Positions 1-8,576 of a DNA stretch of 31,470 bases are shown piece after piece. The position numbers and the translations under genes are program-made. The notes under the pieces are model-generated. The model was given only the letters and a program-made list of their open reading frames with translations. It had not been told where the DNA came from and made no database searches. Position 1 is the stretch's first letter; every line of letters begins with the position of its first letter. The stretch is from a virus (Duplodnaviria; Heunggongvirae; Uroviricota; Caudoviricetes): IMG/VR virus record IMGVR_UViG_2541047775_000008; one strand, 5' to 3'.

Positions 1-981
1 TTATAACGTCACTCCGCCTTTTAGTGGATTCAGAGCGACGGCGTTCTGCAGGTAGTCAGGCGCAAGGTGCGCATAGGTCATTGTCTGCTGAATGCTCGCA
101 TGCCCCAGAATCTGTTGCAGTGCAATTATGTTGCCCCCATTCATCATGAAATGGCTTGCGAATGTATGCCGCAGAATGTGGGTTGCCTGATTGGGAGGTA
201 TATCAGGTTTCACTCTGCGTAAAATCCCGCAAAACTTCTCATAATCTACCTTGAACAATTTGGCGCTGGCCTCCTCTTTAACTTTTTTCTCCAGTTCCTC
301 AGAAATCGGCACTGTTCGCTTTTTACCGTTTTTGGTTTTCAGGAAGGTAACCCTGCAACTTGTAATCTGTGCTGGTTTTAGCGTGGCAACTTCCGTCCAT
401 CTTCCTCCAGTGCTCAGACATAAAAGCGCGACAAGTAAGTCATCACCAGTCAAAACATTTAGCAGTTTTTCGATTTCTGCTTTTTCCAGGAACGTCATTT
501 CAGGGTTAGCCTCCGTCAGTGGCGGCAGTCCGTGAATTGGGTGTTGCCCGGAAAATTCATCCAATTGAATTAATTTTGTGAACATGCCGGATAATCGGTA
601 CATGTCGCGGTTTATCGTTGCAGCACTGATGCCATCACGTAGTCGCATGGAGCGATAATCCATCAAAGCCCTTTTGTTCATCCGACTCACTGGTATATCA
701 CCTATGCCGCTGATGGTTTTGAGCAGATGATTAAACTCTTTTGTCCCATGCTCGTGGTTTTGCCCGTGGTATTTCCACCAGATGTCGAGCAATTCTGTCA
801 AAGTTCGGCGGTCTGCTCGCTGGCCTCCCCATTCTTTCTGACTGGCATTGACGATTGTGTATCGCTCAAATGCTACCGCTTCAGCTTTTCTTTCAAATTT
901 CCTGCGGATGCGTTTTCCATCGCGACCGCGAGGCCTGATATCCACTTCATAACGTCCATCATCGAGCTTTCTGATACTCAT
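1..981 (-). CDS. int: Tyrosine integrase (P2 Int-like), 326 aa
   Basis: N-terminus MSIRKLDDGRYEVDIRP resembles P2 Int. C-terminal catalytic region HILRHTFASHF...ILGH...MTYAHL carries the R-H-R-Y type motifs. ATG at 981 is preceded by a G-rich RBS; the longer ORF-track start at 1191 would overlap gene C. Confidence 0.9.
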   Translation of the reverse strand: MSIRKLDDGRYEVDIRPRGRDGKRIRRKFERKAEAVAFERYTIVNASQKEWGGQRADRRTLTELLDIWWKYHGQNHEHGTKEFNHLLKTISGIGDIPVSRMNKRALMDYRSMRLRDGISAATINRDMYRLSGMFTKLIQLDEFSGQHPIHGLPPLTEANPEMTFLEKAEIEKLLNVLTGDDLLVALLCLSTGGRWTEVATLKPAQITSCRVTFLKTKNGKKRTVPISEELEKKVKEEASAKLFKVDYEKFCGILRRVKPDIPPNQATHILRHTFASHFMMNGGNIIALQQILGHASIQQTMTYAHLAPDYLQNAVALNPLKGGVTL

Positions 982-1093
982 AAAGCCCCCCGATGAACAC
1001 GAGTTTTCTTGTTGTTTAGCCCTTTGTGGTTGTGTGATGAATATTTTTTTACCAGTAACATGCATTTTATGTGCATGTAATGTCGGTAAATAG

Positions 1094-1387
1094 TTAGCCA
1101 GTTTTGCGGCCTGAGTGTGACGATGTTGTTTCTTCTGGCCCAGAGTGTGCGACGACCGGGGAAATCTGCCCGGATTCTGGCGCAATCTCATCTGTCATAA
1201 TCCATAATGTATATTTTTTAAACAGCGGTGTGTTGACTACTTGCTTTACGATTTGTAGTCCTGGCTCTTTATGTCCACCTTCATAATTTTTCAACGAACT
1301 AAGTGCTAATCCACTAAGCTCGCAAAATTTTTTTTGTGTTAATCCCTCGGCCTTGCGAATAGCGCGAAGTTTCTCCGATATTTTCAT
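1094..1387 (-). CDS. C: Immunity repressor C (HTH), 97 aa
   Basis: HTH segment LTQKKFCELSGLALSSLKNYE; size and position (upstream of int, divergent from cox) as in P2 C (99 aa). Confidence 0.85.
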   Translation of the reverse strand: MKISEKLRAIRKAEGLTQKKFCELSGLALSSLKNYEGGHKEPGLQIVKQVVNTPLFKKYTLWIMTDEIAPESGQISPVVAHSGPEETTSSHSGRKTG

Positions 1388-1533
1388 TTGACATGGTTCC
1401 CCTATGGAGACTATATTCCCCTCAAAAGGTACTTGTTCGGAAACCTTTTGGGGCGTGAGTCCAGCCAGTCAGGAACGATCCTGAGCGGTTTTAAGAGGGC
1501 TGGACGGATAAGATTAGCACGAGAGGTGTGTTT
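1388..1533. promoter_or_regulatory. Divergent immunity switch region (Pc leftward, Pe rightward), operators presumed
   Basis: 146-bp intergenic gap between divergently oriented C and cox. Contains a 7-bp direct repeat TTCCCCT at 1397..1403 and 1416..1422. Promoter hexamers not confidently assigned. Confidence 0.4.
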
Positions 1534-1806
1534 ATGGACGCAAACAACTATGTGGTTAAGTATCCGATTGATGCGGTACACCCTGACAAGTTTGCAGAAT
1601 TGCTCGGAAAACCGCGTACTGCGGTCGTTGAAATGATCAAAGCTAACAAGTTGCCGGTAGTTGAATTTCGCGATCCAACTAAGCCGAATGCTCGTGCAGG
1701 AGACAAACTGGTTTTCATTCCTGAGTTCAATCGTGGTGTGCGTGAGGCATTCTACAACCGACCGATAGAACAGCGGGACGCGTGGCTGCTGTGGATGGGG
1801 CTTTAA
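1534..1806 (+). CDS. cox: Cox-like excisionase / early repressor, 90 aa
   Basis: Small protein immediately divergent from C, similar in size and character to P2 Cox (91 aa). ATG at 1534 with RBS GAGAGG 7 nt upstream; the ORF-track start at 1528 is a GTG. Confidence 0.8.
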   Translation: MDANNYVVKYPIDAVHPDKFAELLGKPRTAVVEMIKANKLPVVEFRDPTKPNARAGDKLVFIPEFNRGVREAFYNRPIEQRDAWLLWMGL

Positions 1807-1860
1807 ATCATTGCTAAATCAGGCTGTCAGCAACAGGGCGGACGGCATAAGGGGAACATC

Positions 1861-2049
1861 ATGGCGAACAAAAATAGTACGAACCAGTGCGGCACAGATA
1901 AGGCACTGACGCAGAGAGAAATTTTAGAACTGGCGGTAAAAATCGGGGATTTCATCAAAGAAGAGGCCGGACGCTTAGATAAACAGGTGTCCGGCAAAGA
2001 TATCAGCGTTATCGCTGGCGTACTGGACTTTATTCACCAGTGCGAGTAA
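1861..2049 (+). CDS. Hypothetical early protein, 62 aa (position of P2 orf78)
   Basis: ATG with RBS AAGGGG 6 nt upstream; position in early operon. Confidence 0.55.
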   Translation: MANKNSTNQCGTDKALTQREILELAVKIGDFIKEEAGRLDKQVSGKDISVIAGVLDFIHQCE

Positions 2050-2052
2050 TGC

Positions 2053-2229
2053 CTATTTTTTCGCGAGTTTTTCTTCGAGTTTTTTCTCAAGAACTGGATA
2101 GATAGCATCAAATAAGCGTGAAGCTCGGGTTTCTACAGGAACAGGCATTACTGATTGTTCAGTAAGTGCTCCGCCAATGACTGAACAGGTCTGCTCAAAA
2201 AGAAACTTGGTTTTTTCTAAATCATTCAT
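2053..2229 (-). CDS. Small reverse-oriented hypothetical protein, 58 aa
   Basis: ATG at 2229 (minus) preceded by AAGGA about 8 nt upstream. Convergent with the early operon. No homolog recalled. Confidence 0.45.
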   Translation of the reverse strand: MNDLEKTKFLFEQTCSVIGGALTEQSVMPVPVETRASRLFDAIYPVLEKKLEEKLAKK

Positions 2230-2346
2230 GTCGTTATTCCTTGTGTTACGAACTACTTGCTTACATTTGGAGTGAAAGCAATTGGATAGTACCACAAGAC
2301 CATGCGCCGGACATGGCTAAAAACCGGCTCTGTTTCAGGAGGAGTT

Positions 2347-2517
2347 ATGCAGGAACCTCGTTGTATTGCTCAGTTATTGCGTAACGAAAGCCCCAGGGCG
2401 ATTGACTTCACCATCACCCACGGGAAGGGACGCAAGGGAATCATTATCCGCACCAAAAAACAGAGTCCGTTAAAGAAGGCTCTGACCTTTCTGAAAAGCC
2501 GGAGGGTCTGGAAATGA
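2347..2517 (+). CDS. Hypothetical early protein, 56 aa
   Basis: Strong RBS AGGAGG 6 nt upstream of ATG 2347; stop overlaps B start (ATGA coupling). Confidence 0.5.
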   Translation: MQEPRCIAQLLRNESPRAIDFTITHGKGRKGIIIRTKKQSPLKKALTFLKSRRVWK

Positions 2518-3014
2518 CAGTGATGACGCTCAATCTCGTTGAAAAACAGCCAGCAGCTATGCGCCGGATAATTGGCAAGCATCTTGCCGTCCCTCGCTGG
2601 CAGGATACATGTGATTATTATAATCAGATGATGGAGCGCGAACGGCTAACGGTTTGCTTTCATGCACAGTTAAAACAGCGTCACGCAACGATGCGTTTTG
2701 AAGAAATGAACGACGTCGAACGTGAACGACTGGTATGTGCAATTGATGAATTGCGTGGCGCATTCTCAAAACGCCGTCAGGTTGGCGCAAGTGAGCATGC
2801 ATATATTAGTTTTTTAACAGTCAGTCAGCGTCGTACTTTATTTATGCACGCCGGATTGACAGAAAAAGAATTTAATCAGCCATACTGGCGAATTAATGAA
2901 GAGTCATGTTACTGGCGTGATGCTTTATTCCGTGCATTACGTGAATTATTCAGCCTGTTTGAGTATGCACCGACAATTCTGACGTCGGTAAAACCAGAGC
3001 AATATCTGCATTAA
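2514..3014 (+). CDS. B: B-like replication protein (P2 B is 166 aa and needed for lagging-strand synthesis), 166 aa
   Basis: Length identical to P2 B and position between cox and A; translationally coupled to upstream ORF. Confidence 0.7.
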   Translation: MTVMTLNLVEKQPAAMRRIIGKHLAVPRWQDTCDYYNQMMERERLTVCFHAQLKQRHATMRFEEMNDVERERLVCAIDELRGAFSKRRQVGASEHAYISFLTVSQRRTLFMHAGLTEKEFNQPYWRINEESCYWRDALFRALRELFSLFEYAPTILTSVKPEQYLH

Positions 3015-3077
3015 GTAATTAACCAGAGTTTTTAACGCACTTAATTGTGCGGGGCTTCTTTTTGCCTGGAGAAAGTC

Positions 3078-3302
3078 ATGCATACAGTTTCTGAAAATCA
3101 GTGCGGTATATACGCATTACTGCTGCAACAGGCCAGAACCGAAGCACAGGCCGACGCTGCGACGCGCTTTTCTTCTCATCTTGATGCCATGATTCGCCAC
3201 ATCACAAAGGCGGAGTTATCCCGCGTGGAGATAGTCGAGCTGCTCAGTCAGGAGTCGGAAAAATTTCACAATATCGGATTGTCTCGCGGGGAGGTGCTTT
3301 GA
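3078..3302 (+). CDS. Hypothetical early protein, 74 aa (position of P2 orf80)
   Basis: RBS GGAGAAAG upstream of ATG 3078; synteny. Confidence 0.55.
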
Positions 3303-3604
3303 TGTCCTGTTCTCGTTCAGTTGTATTACTGAATAACGCCCTAAAAATCGCCGTTATGAAAAATGGCGATTTGTCTCTTATTCAACTTGGTCTTGATAAA
3401 GAAAAACGCGAAATAACTGAGTCTGTTATCGCGATTTATCAGAACGAATTAAACCTCCTGTCTGATGTGGTCAATTTACTTGTTAAACGCGCTGTGTTTC
3501 ACAAGCAAATCTCCTCCGTGGATGAACTGACGAAATTAACGACAGAAATCGCCAGCTATTGCGCTGATGAATTTAAAAACCTTAACGACAAAAGGAACTG
3601 GTAA
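3302..3604 (+). CDS. Hypothetical early protein, 100 aa (position of P2 orf81)
   Basis: ATG overlapping upstream stop (TGATG); synteny. Confidence 0.55.
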   Translation: MSCSRSVVLLNNALKIAVMKNGDLSLIQLGLDKEKREITESVIAIYQNELNLLSDVVNLLVKRAVFHKQISSVDELTKLTTEIASYCADEFKNLNDKRNW

Positions 3605-3828
3605 TGCCGGACAACGTAGATTTCATTCAGGAACAACAGGCTGAATTACTGGAGCGTCAGATTAACGCGGCAAGGGTAAAACATTGCGGTGCTTCTGCGC
3701 TGGTTTGCGAAGAGTGTGACGCGCCAATACCTGCTGCCCGTCGTGCGGTTTATCCGTCAGCCACGCGTTGTGTTTCCTGCCAGTCAGTCTTTGAAGCAAA
3801 AAACAAGCATTACCGGAGAATGGCATGA
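3604..3828 (+). CDS. TraR/DksA-type C4 zinc-finger protein, 74 aa (position of P2 orf82)
   Basis: CEEC...(17 residues)...CVSC four-cysteine motif near the C-terminus; stop/start overlap TAATG with upstream gene. Confidence 0.7.
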   Translation: MPDNVDFIQEQQAELLERQINAARVKHCGASALVCEECDAPIPAARRAVYPSATRCVSCQSVFEAKNKHYRRMA

Positions 3829-4100
3829 GTATTCGTATTGAAATTGGCGAACGTTATGTCGTTACCAGTGACAGCTTTCAGTTTATTCTCCACGAGAAAA
3901 AGAGAGCGGAAAGCGGTAAAAACGCCGGTCAGGAATGGCTGGCGGTGGTTGGTTATTATCCGAAATTAAGCCAGCTCGTTTCCGGCCTGATGCATCACGA
4001 TATTCTGACCGGAAGCGCAAAGTCTTTTGCTGATTTAAACGCGCAGGTTGAGCAACTCAGCAGGCGTTGTTCAGAGGCTTTTGGCTCATATGGCCGTTAA
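3825..4100 (+). CDS. Hypothetical early protein, 91 aa (position of P2 orf83)
   Basis: RBS GGAG upstream of ATG 3825; overlaps start of A. Confidence 0.55.
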   Translation: MSIRIEIGERYVVTSDSFQFILHEKKRAESGKNAGQEWLAVVGYYPKLSQLVSGLMHHDILTGSAKSFADLNAQVEQLSRRCSEAFGSYGR

Positions 4101-6375
4101 AGCCTCCGGGCGTTTTGTCCCTCCTTCAGCATTTGCTGCAGGCACCGGTAAGGCGTTTACCGGTGCTTATGCATGGAACGCGCCACGCGAGGCCGTCGGG
4201 CGCGAAAGACCCCTTACACGTGACGAGATGCGTCAGGTGCAAGGTGTTTTATCCACGATTAACCGCCTGCCTTACTTTTTGCGTTCGCTGTTTACTTCAC
4301 GCTATGACTACATCCGGCGCAATAAAAGCCCGGTGCACGGGTTTTATTTCCTCACATCCACTTTTCAGCGTCGTTTATGGCCGCGCATTGAGCGCGTGAA
4401 TCAGCGCCATGAAATGAACACCGACGCGTCGTTGCTGTTTCTGGCAGAGCGTGACCATTATGCGCGTCTGCCGGGGATGAATGATAAGGAGCTGAAAAAG
4501 TTTGCCGCCCGTATTTCATCGCAGCTTTTCATGATGTATGAGGAACTCTGCGATGCCTGGGTGGATGCGCATGGCGAAAAAGAATCGCTGTTTACGGATG
4601 AGGCGCAGGCTCACCTCTATGGTCATGTTGCTGGCGCTGCACGTGCTTTCAATATTTCCCCTCTCTACTGGAAAAAATACCGTAAAGGACAGATGACCAC
4701 GAGGCAGGCATATTCTGCCATTGCCCGTCTGTTTAACGATGAGTGGTGGATTAGTCAGCTTAAAGGCCAGCGTATGCGCTGGCATGAAGCGTTACTGATA
4801 GCTGTCGGGGAGGTCAATAAAGACCGTTCTCCTTATGCCAGTAAACACGCCATTCGTGATGTGCGTGCGCGCCGCCAGGCAAATCTGGAATTTCTTAAAT
4901 CGTGTGACCTTGAAAACAGGGAAACCGGCGAGCGCATCGACCTTATCAGTAAGGTGATGGGCAGTATTTCTAATCCTGAAATTCGCCGGATGGAGCTGAT
5001 GAACACCATTGCCGGTATTGAGCGTTACGCCGCCGCAGAGGGTGATGTGGGGATGTTTATCACGCTGACCGCGCCGTCAAAGTATCACCCGACACGTCAG
5101 GTCGGAAAAGGCGAAAGAAAAACCGTCCAGCTTAATCACGGCTGGAATGATGAGGCATTTAATCCAAAGGATGCGCAGCGTTATCTCTGCCGTATCTGGA
5201 GCCTGATGCGCACGGCATTCAAGGATAATGATTTACAGGTCTACGGTTTGCGTGTCGTCGAGCCACACCACGACGGAACGCCGCACTGGCATATGATGCT
5301 TTTTTGTAATCCACGCCAGCGTAACCAGATTATCGAAATCATGCGTCGCTATGCGCTCAAAGAGGATGGTGACGAAAGAGGAGCCGCGCGAAACCGTTTT
5401 CAGGCAAAACACCTTAACCGGGGCGGTGCTGCGGGATATATCGCGAAATACATCTCAAAAAACATCGATGGCTATGCACTGGATGGTCAGCTCGATAACG
5501 ATACCGGCAGGCCGCTGAAAGACACAGCGGCGGCTGTTACCGCATGGGCGTCAACGTGGCGCATACCACAATTTAAAACGGTTGGCCTGCCGACAATGGG
5601 GGCTTACCGTGAACTACGCAAATTGCCTCGCGGCGTCAGCATTGCTGATGAGTTTGACGAGCGCGTCGAGGCTGCACGCGCCGCCGCAGACAGTGGTGAT
5701 TTTGCGTTGTATATCCGCGCGCAGGGTGGGGCAAATGTCCCGCGCGATTGTCAGACTGTCAGGGTCGCCCGTAGCCCGTCGGATGACGTTAACGAGTACG
5801 AGGAAGAGGTCGAGAGAGTGGTCGGCATTTACGCACCGCATCTCGGCGCGCGTCATATTCATATCACCAGAACGACGGAGTGGCGCATTGTGCCGAAAGT
5901 TCCGGTCGTTGAGCCTTTGACTTTAAAAAGCGGCATCGCCGCGCCTCGGAGTCCTGTCAATAACTGTGGAAAGCTCACCGGTGGTGATACTTCGTTACCG
6001 GCTCCCACACCTTCTGAGCACGCCGCAGCAGTGCTAAATCTGGTTGATGACGGTGTTATCGAATGGAATGACCCGGAGGTCGTGAGGACGCTCAGGGGTG
6101 CATTAAAACACGGCCTGAAAACACCAAATCGTCAGCAAAGAAACGGAAGTCCGTTAAAACCACATGAAATAGCACCGTCGGCCAGACTGACCCGGTCGGA
6201 ACGATTGCAAATTACCCGTATCCGCGTTGACCTTGCTCAGAACGGTATCAGGCCGCAGCGATGGGAGCTTGAGGCGCTGGCGCGTGGCGCGACCGTAAAT
6301 TATGACGGGAAAAAATTCACGTATCCGGTCGCTGATGAGTGGCCGGGATTCTCAACAGTAATGGCGCGGACATAA
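4090..6375 (+). CDS. A: Replication initiation protein A (rolling-circle nickase), 761 aa
   Basis: Sequence from MAVKASGRFVPPSAFAAGTGK onward matches what I recall of P2 gpA; length 761 aa equals P2 A. ORF-track start at 4048 is an upstream in-frame extension. Confidence 0.92.
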   Translation: MAVKASGRFVPPSAFAAGTGKAFTGAYAWNAPREAVGRERPLTRDEMRQVQGVLSTINRLPYFLRSLFTSRYDYIRRNKSPVHGFYFLTSTFQRRLWPRIERVNQRHEMNTDASLLFLAERDHYARLPGMNDKELKKFAARISSQLFMMYEELCDAWVDAHGEKESLFTDEAQAHLYGHVAGAARAFNISPLYWKKYRKGQMTTRQAYSAIARLFNDEWWISQLKGQRMRWHEALLIAVGEVNKDRSPYASKHAIRDVRARRQANLEFLKSCDLENRETGERIDLISKVMGSISNPEIRRMELMNTIAGIERYAAAEGDVGMFITLTAPSKYHPTRQVGKGERKTVQLNHGWNDEAFNPKDAQRYLCRIWSLMRTAFKDNDLQVYGLRVVEPHHDGTPHWHMMLFCNPRQRNQIIEIMRRYALKEDGDERGAARNRFQAKHLNRGGAAGYIAKYISKNIDGYALDGQLDNDTGRPLKDTAAAVTAWASTWRIPQFKTVGLPTMGAYRELRKLPRGVSIADEFDERVEAARAAADSGDFALYIRAQGGANVPRDCQTVRVARSPSDDVNEYEEEVERVVGIYAPHLGARHIHITRTTEWRIVPKVPVVEPLTLKSGIAAPRSPVNNCGKLTGGDTSLPAPTPSEHAAAVLNLVDDGVIEWNDPEVVRTLRGALKHGLKTPNRQQRNGSPLKPHEIAPSARLTRSERLQITRIRVDLAQNGIRPQRWELEALARGATVNYDGKKFTYPVADEWPGFSTVMART

Positions 6376-6827
6376 TGACAAAGATTCACAAAGTAAAGCT
6401 GCACGCAAAATATTTCGACCTTGTGCTGGAAGGAAAGAAACGCGCAGAGTTTCGGAAAAATGACCGTAATTATGAGCGCGGAGACACGTTGATTTTGCAT
6501 GAATGGGGGCAGGGTGTGTATACGGGGCGAAAGGTTGAAGCCCGGATAACAGATGTTACTGACCTGTCAGACTGGCTGGAAGATTATGTCTTGCTAAGTA
6601 TTGAGCTGCTTAATACAGGCGCATATGAGATTGTGAACTGGAAAGAACTTAGTGAGCGTGGTCTGGTATTCAGAATTAATCATGAAATTATGCATCAGCT
6701 CGGCCTTGCTGTTATGTATGAACCAGAGACGGGGATGTCTGGCGGGGCAATGGTTGCCACGGATGGAGCATGGAACTATTCAGATGAACAGATTGAGCGT
6801 GCAAAGCAAAACGGGTGGCTTGGATAA
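6375..6827 (+). CDS. ASCH/DUF3850-like domain protein, 150 aa
   Basis: N-terminal region KIHKVKLHAKYFDLVLEGKKRAEFRKNDRNYERGDTLILHEW fits the ASCH-like DUF3850 pattern. ATG overlaps A stop (TAATG). C-terminal 70 aa unassigned. Confidence 0.6.
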   Translation: MTKIHKVKLHAKYFDLVLEGKKRAEFRKNDRNYERGDTLILHEWGQGVYTGRKVEARITDVTDLSDWLEDYVLLSIELLNTGAYEIVNWKELSERGLVFRINHEIMHQLGLAVMYEPETGMSGGAMVATDGAWNYSDEQIERAKQNGWLG

Positions 6828-7030
6828 TGCACAGAATACCAGGCGAGATACCGCAACATAACACTAAAAATATCAAGCTGATGGCTATTGTTCACCGTCT
6901 ACAGCAGATTATGGTCAACGAAAATCTGACGCCCGACGAGTTGGTCGGGTGTGCCGAAATAGTCCGGGATAATTACGTGCGGTTTAACGATATAGAACAG
7001 TCTAAAATTGCACTGCTACCACGTTGTTGA
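6827..7030 (+). CDS. Hypothetical small protein, 67 aa
   Basis: ATG overlapping upstream stop (TAATG), suggesting translational coupling. No recognisable domain. Confidence 0.4.
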   Translation: MHRIPGEIPQHNTKNIKLMAIVHRLQQIMVNENLTPDELVGCAEIVRDNYVRFNDIEQSKIALLPRC

Positions 7031-7041
7031 TAGAAAACCCC

Positions 7042-7072
7042 AGCAGTACTGAAACATGCTTCCAGTGCTGCT
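7042..7072 (+). other. Stem-loop (10-bp stem with one G-U pair, 11-nt loop) at the backbone/cargo boundary
   Basis: AGCAGTACTG (7042..7051) pairs with CAGTGCTGCT (7063..7072), 12 nt after the stop at 7028..7030. No following U-tract. Confidence 0.3.
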
Positions 7073-7299
7073 GGAGGGAACAACGAACAGCGAGAGGTGG
7101 TAGTTGGCCATCATTTGAGTATCAGCATATGATTGGATTTATAACGGTTGGAAAGATTAATGTTGGTGAACTAATAAATTACAAATATTCACAAGAAGAT
7201 CTTATGTTACTAACATGAGTTTATGTGTAATATAGCTGTACATACCAATATCCGCTGTACCTTTGTTTTTATTTGGTTTGTCAGGTGTCACAGGTATGG

Positions 7300-7328
7300 T
7301 TGGCGTATGAGAATGGTTTATTTAAATT
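7300..7328 (+). promoter_or_regulatory. Candidate sigma70 promoter for the cargo gene
   Basis: TTGGCG (7300..7305), 17-bp spacer, TAAATT (7323..7328), about 30 nt upstream of ATG 7357. Hexamer choice is tentative in AT-rich DNA. Confidence 0.25.
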
Positions 7329-7356
7329 AAATATTGATTAAGGTTGAAAGAATGTC

Positions 7357-8253
7357 ATGAATAAAAGTAAAGCAATCTCAAGAATAGAGAGAGTGTTGAG
7401 AAGATTAAAGGATGGGAGTTTCACTGATAGTGATATTGATGTTCTTTTTGTTACGGCCCGTGAGTTGCCGAGTGCGCCCAAGTGTATTTTTGAAATTGGG
7501 AGTTTTGTTGCCCATAATCATCGGAGAGATCAAGGCGAGATAAAGGATATCATGCTGAGGAATCATTTGTTATTAAGTTTAAAATTTGGACGCGATAAGC
7601 ATGCTGTTAAACCAGAGTTAAATGAATACCCGAAATACTTACCTACATTAATCAGACTGCAATTAAGAATGTTCAGTGATGAGTTTTTAAAGGAGAAGTT
7701 AAACTTAAAGGGGGGGCAGGTAATTACAGCGAGGAAGAAGCTTAATAACAAGAAATCGTATATTGTTAATGATGGTGTTTGTAAGTTAACACCAGAAATT
7801 GGTTCCAATGAAGGGCGAATGATTAATGAAGCTTTGTCGTTACTCAATTGTTCTGACGCAATTAAGTTCGACTCTTTGTTTAATGAGCTGAAAATATTGC
7901 TTCGGAAGGAGATTCCAGGGGTGGACTTGATGCCGCTTGATAATAACAGGAGAGCAATAGCAGGCATCTTACTGTGTTTGTTGAATAATATTGATTTTTC
8001 TCTGATGCCTGAAGTCAAAGCAAAAACAGTCCTTAGTCTTAATGATGCAGATAAATCTGCAAATGTTTATGGTCAATATTATATAACACATGAAAAAGAG
8101 CCATTCACCGACGTGGCTATCATGAGCCCAGTGTTTCAGTCGGGGTATGATGTTAGTGACCTTTTTGATGAGCATGTGACAAATGAAAATATCGTAAATG
8201 GGGATGTCGAATTTAGTTTTGATTTGGGGAAAATAGTTGTGTCGAAATCATAG
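7357..8253 (+). CDS. Unassigned 298-aa protein on an AT-rich cargo island at the tin/old position; candidate anti-phage defence or other moron
   Basis: Long uninterrupted ORF in visibly AT-rich DNA (stop codons are frequent there, so a 298-codon ORF is unlikely by chance). Compositional break from flanking phage DNA. Location between A-proximal genes and cos. No motif I recognise. Confidence 0.75.
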   Translation: MNKSKAISRIERVLRRLKDGSFTDSDIDVLFVTARELPSAPKCIFEIGSFVAHNHRRDQGEIKDIMLRNHLLLSLKFGRDKHAVKPELNEYPKYLPTLIRLQLRMFSDEFLKEKLNLKGGQVITARKKLNNKKSYIVNDGVCKLTPEIGSNEGRMINEALSLLNCSDAIKFDSLFNELKILLRKEIPGVDLMPLDNNRRAIAGILLCLLNNIDFSLMPEVKAKTVLSLNDADKSANVYGQYYITHEKEPFTDVAIMSPVFQSGYDVSDLFDEHVTNENIVNGDVEFSFDLGKIVVSKS

Positions 8254-8293
8254 TTTAGACCCAAACGAGCACGTTCCTAATTTCCCTTCAATA

Positions 8294-8340
8294 CATGCAT
8301 TTAGTGCATGATTTTGCATGCGGCAGCGATCGTTTTTTAT
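8294..8340 (+). terminator. Possible terminator region downstream of the cargo gene
   Basis: Hairpin CATGCA (8294..8299) / TGCATG (8305..8310), then T-rich tract including TTTTTT at 8333..8338. Confidence 0.3.
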
Positions 8341-8416
8341 TGTTTATAATCGCCTGTATTGACGATGTTTTGATGTGTTATTGCAACTGCATTAAAAGCG
8401 CTCCATGAAGCGGGCG

Positions 8417-8435
8417 GGCGAGGCGGGGAAAGCAC
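8417..8435. other. Candidate cos site (19-nt cohesive end sequence)
   Basis: GGCGAGGCGGGGAAAGCAC matches my recollection of the P2 cohesive end; it lies in the GC-rich non-coding gap between the cargo gene and Q, where P2 cos is located. Confidence 0.5.
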
Positions 8436-8576
8436 TGCGCGCTGGCGGTGGTGCTGATTTTATTTTTTCAGCGTCTGAGCGCGTCGTGAAGGTGTTTACT
8501 TGGCCTGCTGGGGCGTTGGTGTGTCTGCGGGGTGTTTTGTGCGGTGGTGAGCGTGTGAGGGCGTGATGACGTGCTG

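Noticed and set aside
982-1191. Upstream in-frame extensions suggested by the ORF track (int to 1191, A from 4048, P to 11441, O from 11519, L from 14352, X from 14852, ogr from 30050, fieF from 30550)
   Set aside because: Internal ATGs with better RBS give lengths matching the P2 or host proteins, and the extensions would overlap neighbouring genes.
7024-7218. 64-aa plus-strand ORF in the spacer before the cargo gene
   Set aside because: No RBS, overlaps the stem-loop and candidate promoter region, Cys/Trp-rich composition unlike neighbouring genes. Cannot be fully excluded as a small peptide.
7510-7530. HNH tripeptide (FVAHNHRRD) in the 298-aa protein as a possible HNH nuclease signature
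   Set aside because: An isolated tripeptide without the surrounding zinc-binding Cys/His pairs or beta-beta-alpha context of HNH nucleases; most likely coincidental.
7563-8018. 151-aa minus-strand ORF inside the AT-rich cargo gene
   Set aside because: Fully antisense to the longer 298-aa ORF, no convincing start context, and Ser/Leu/Phe-rich composition typical of the reverse strand of a Lys/Glu/Asn-rich gene.
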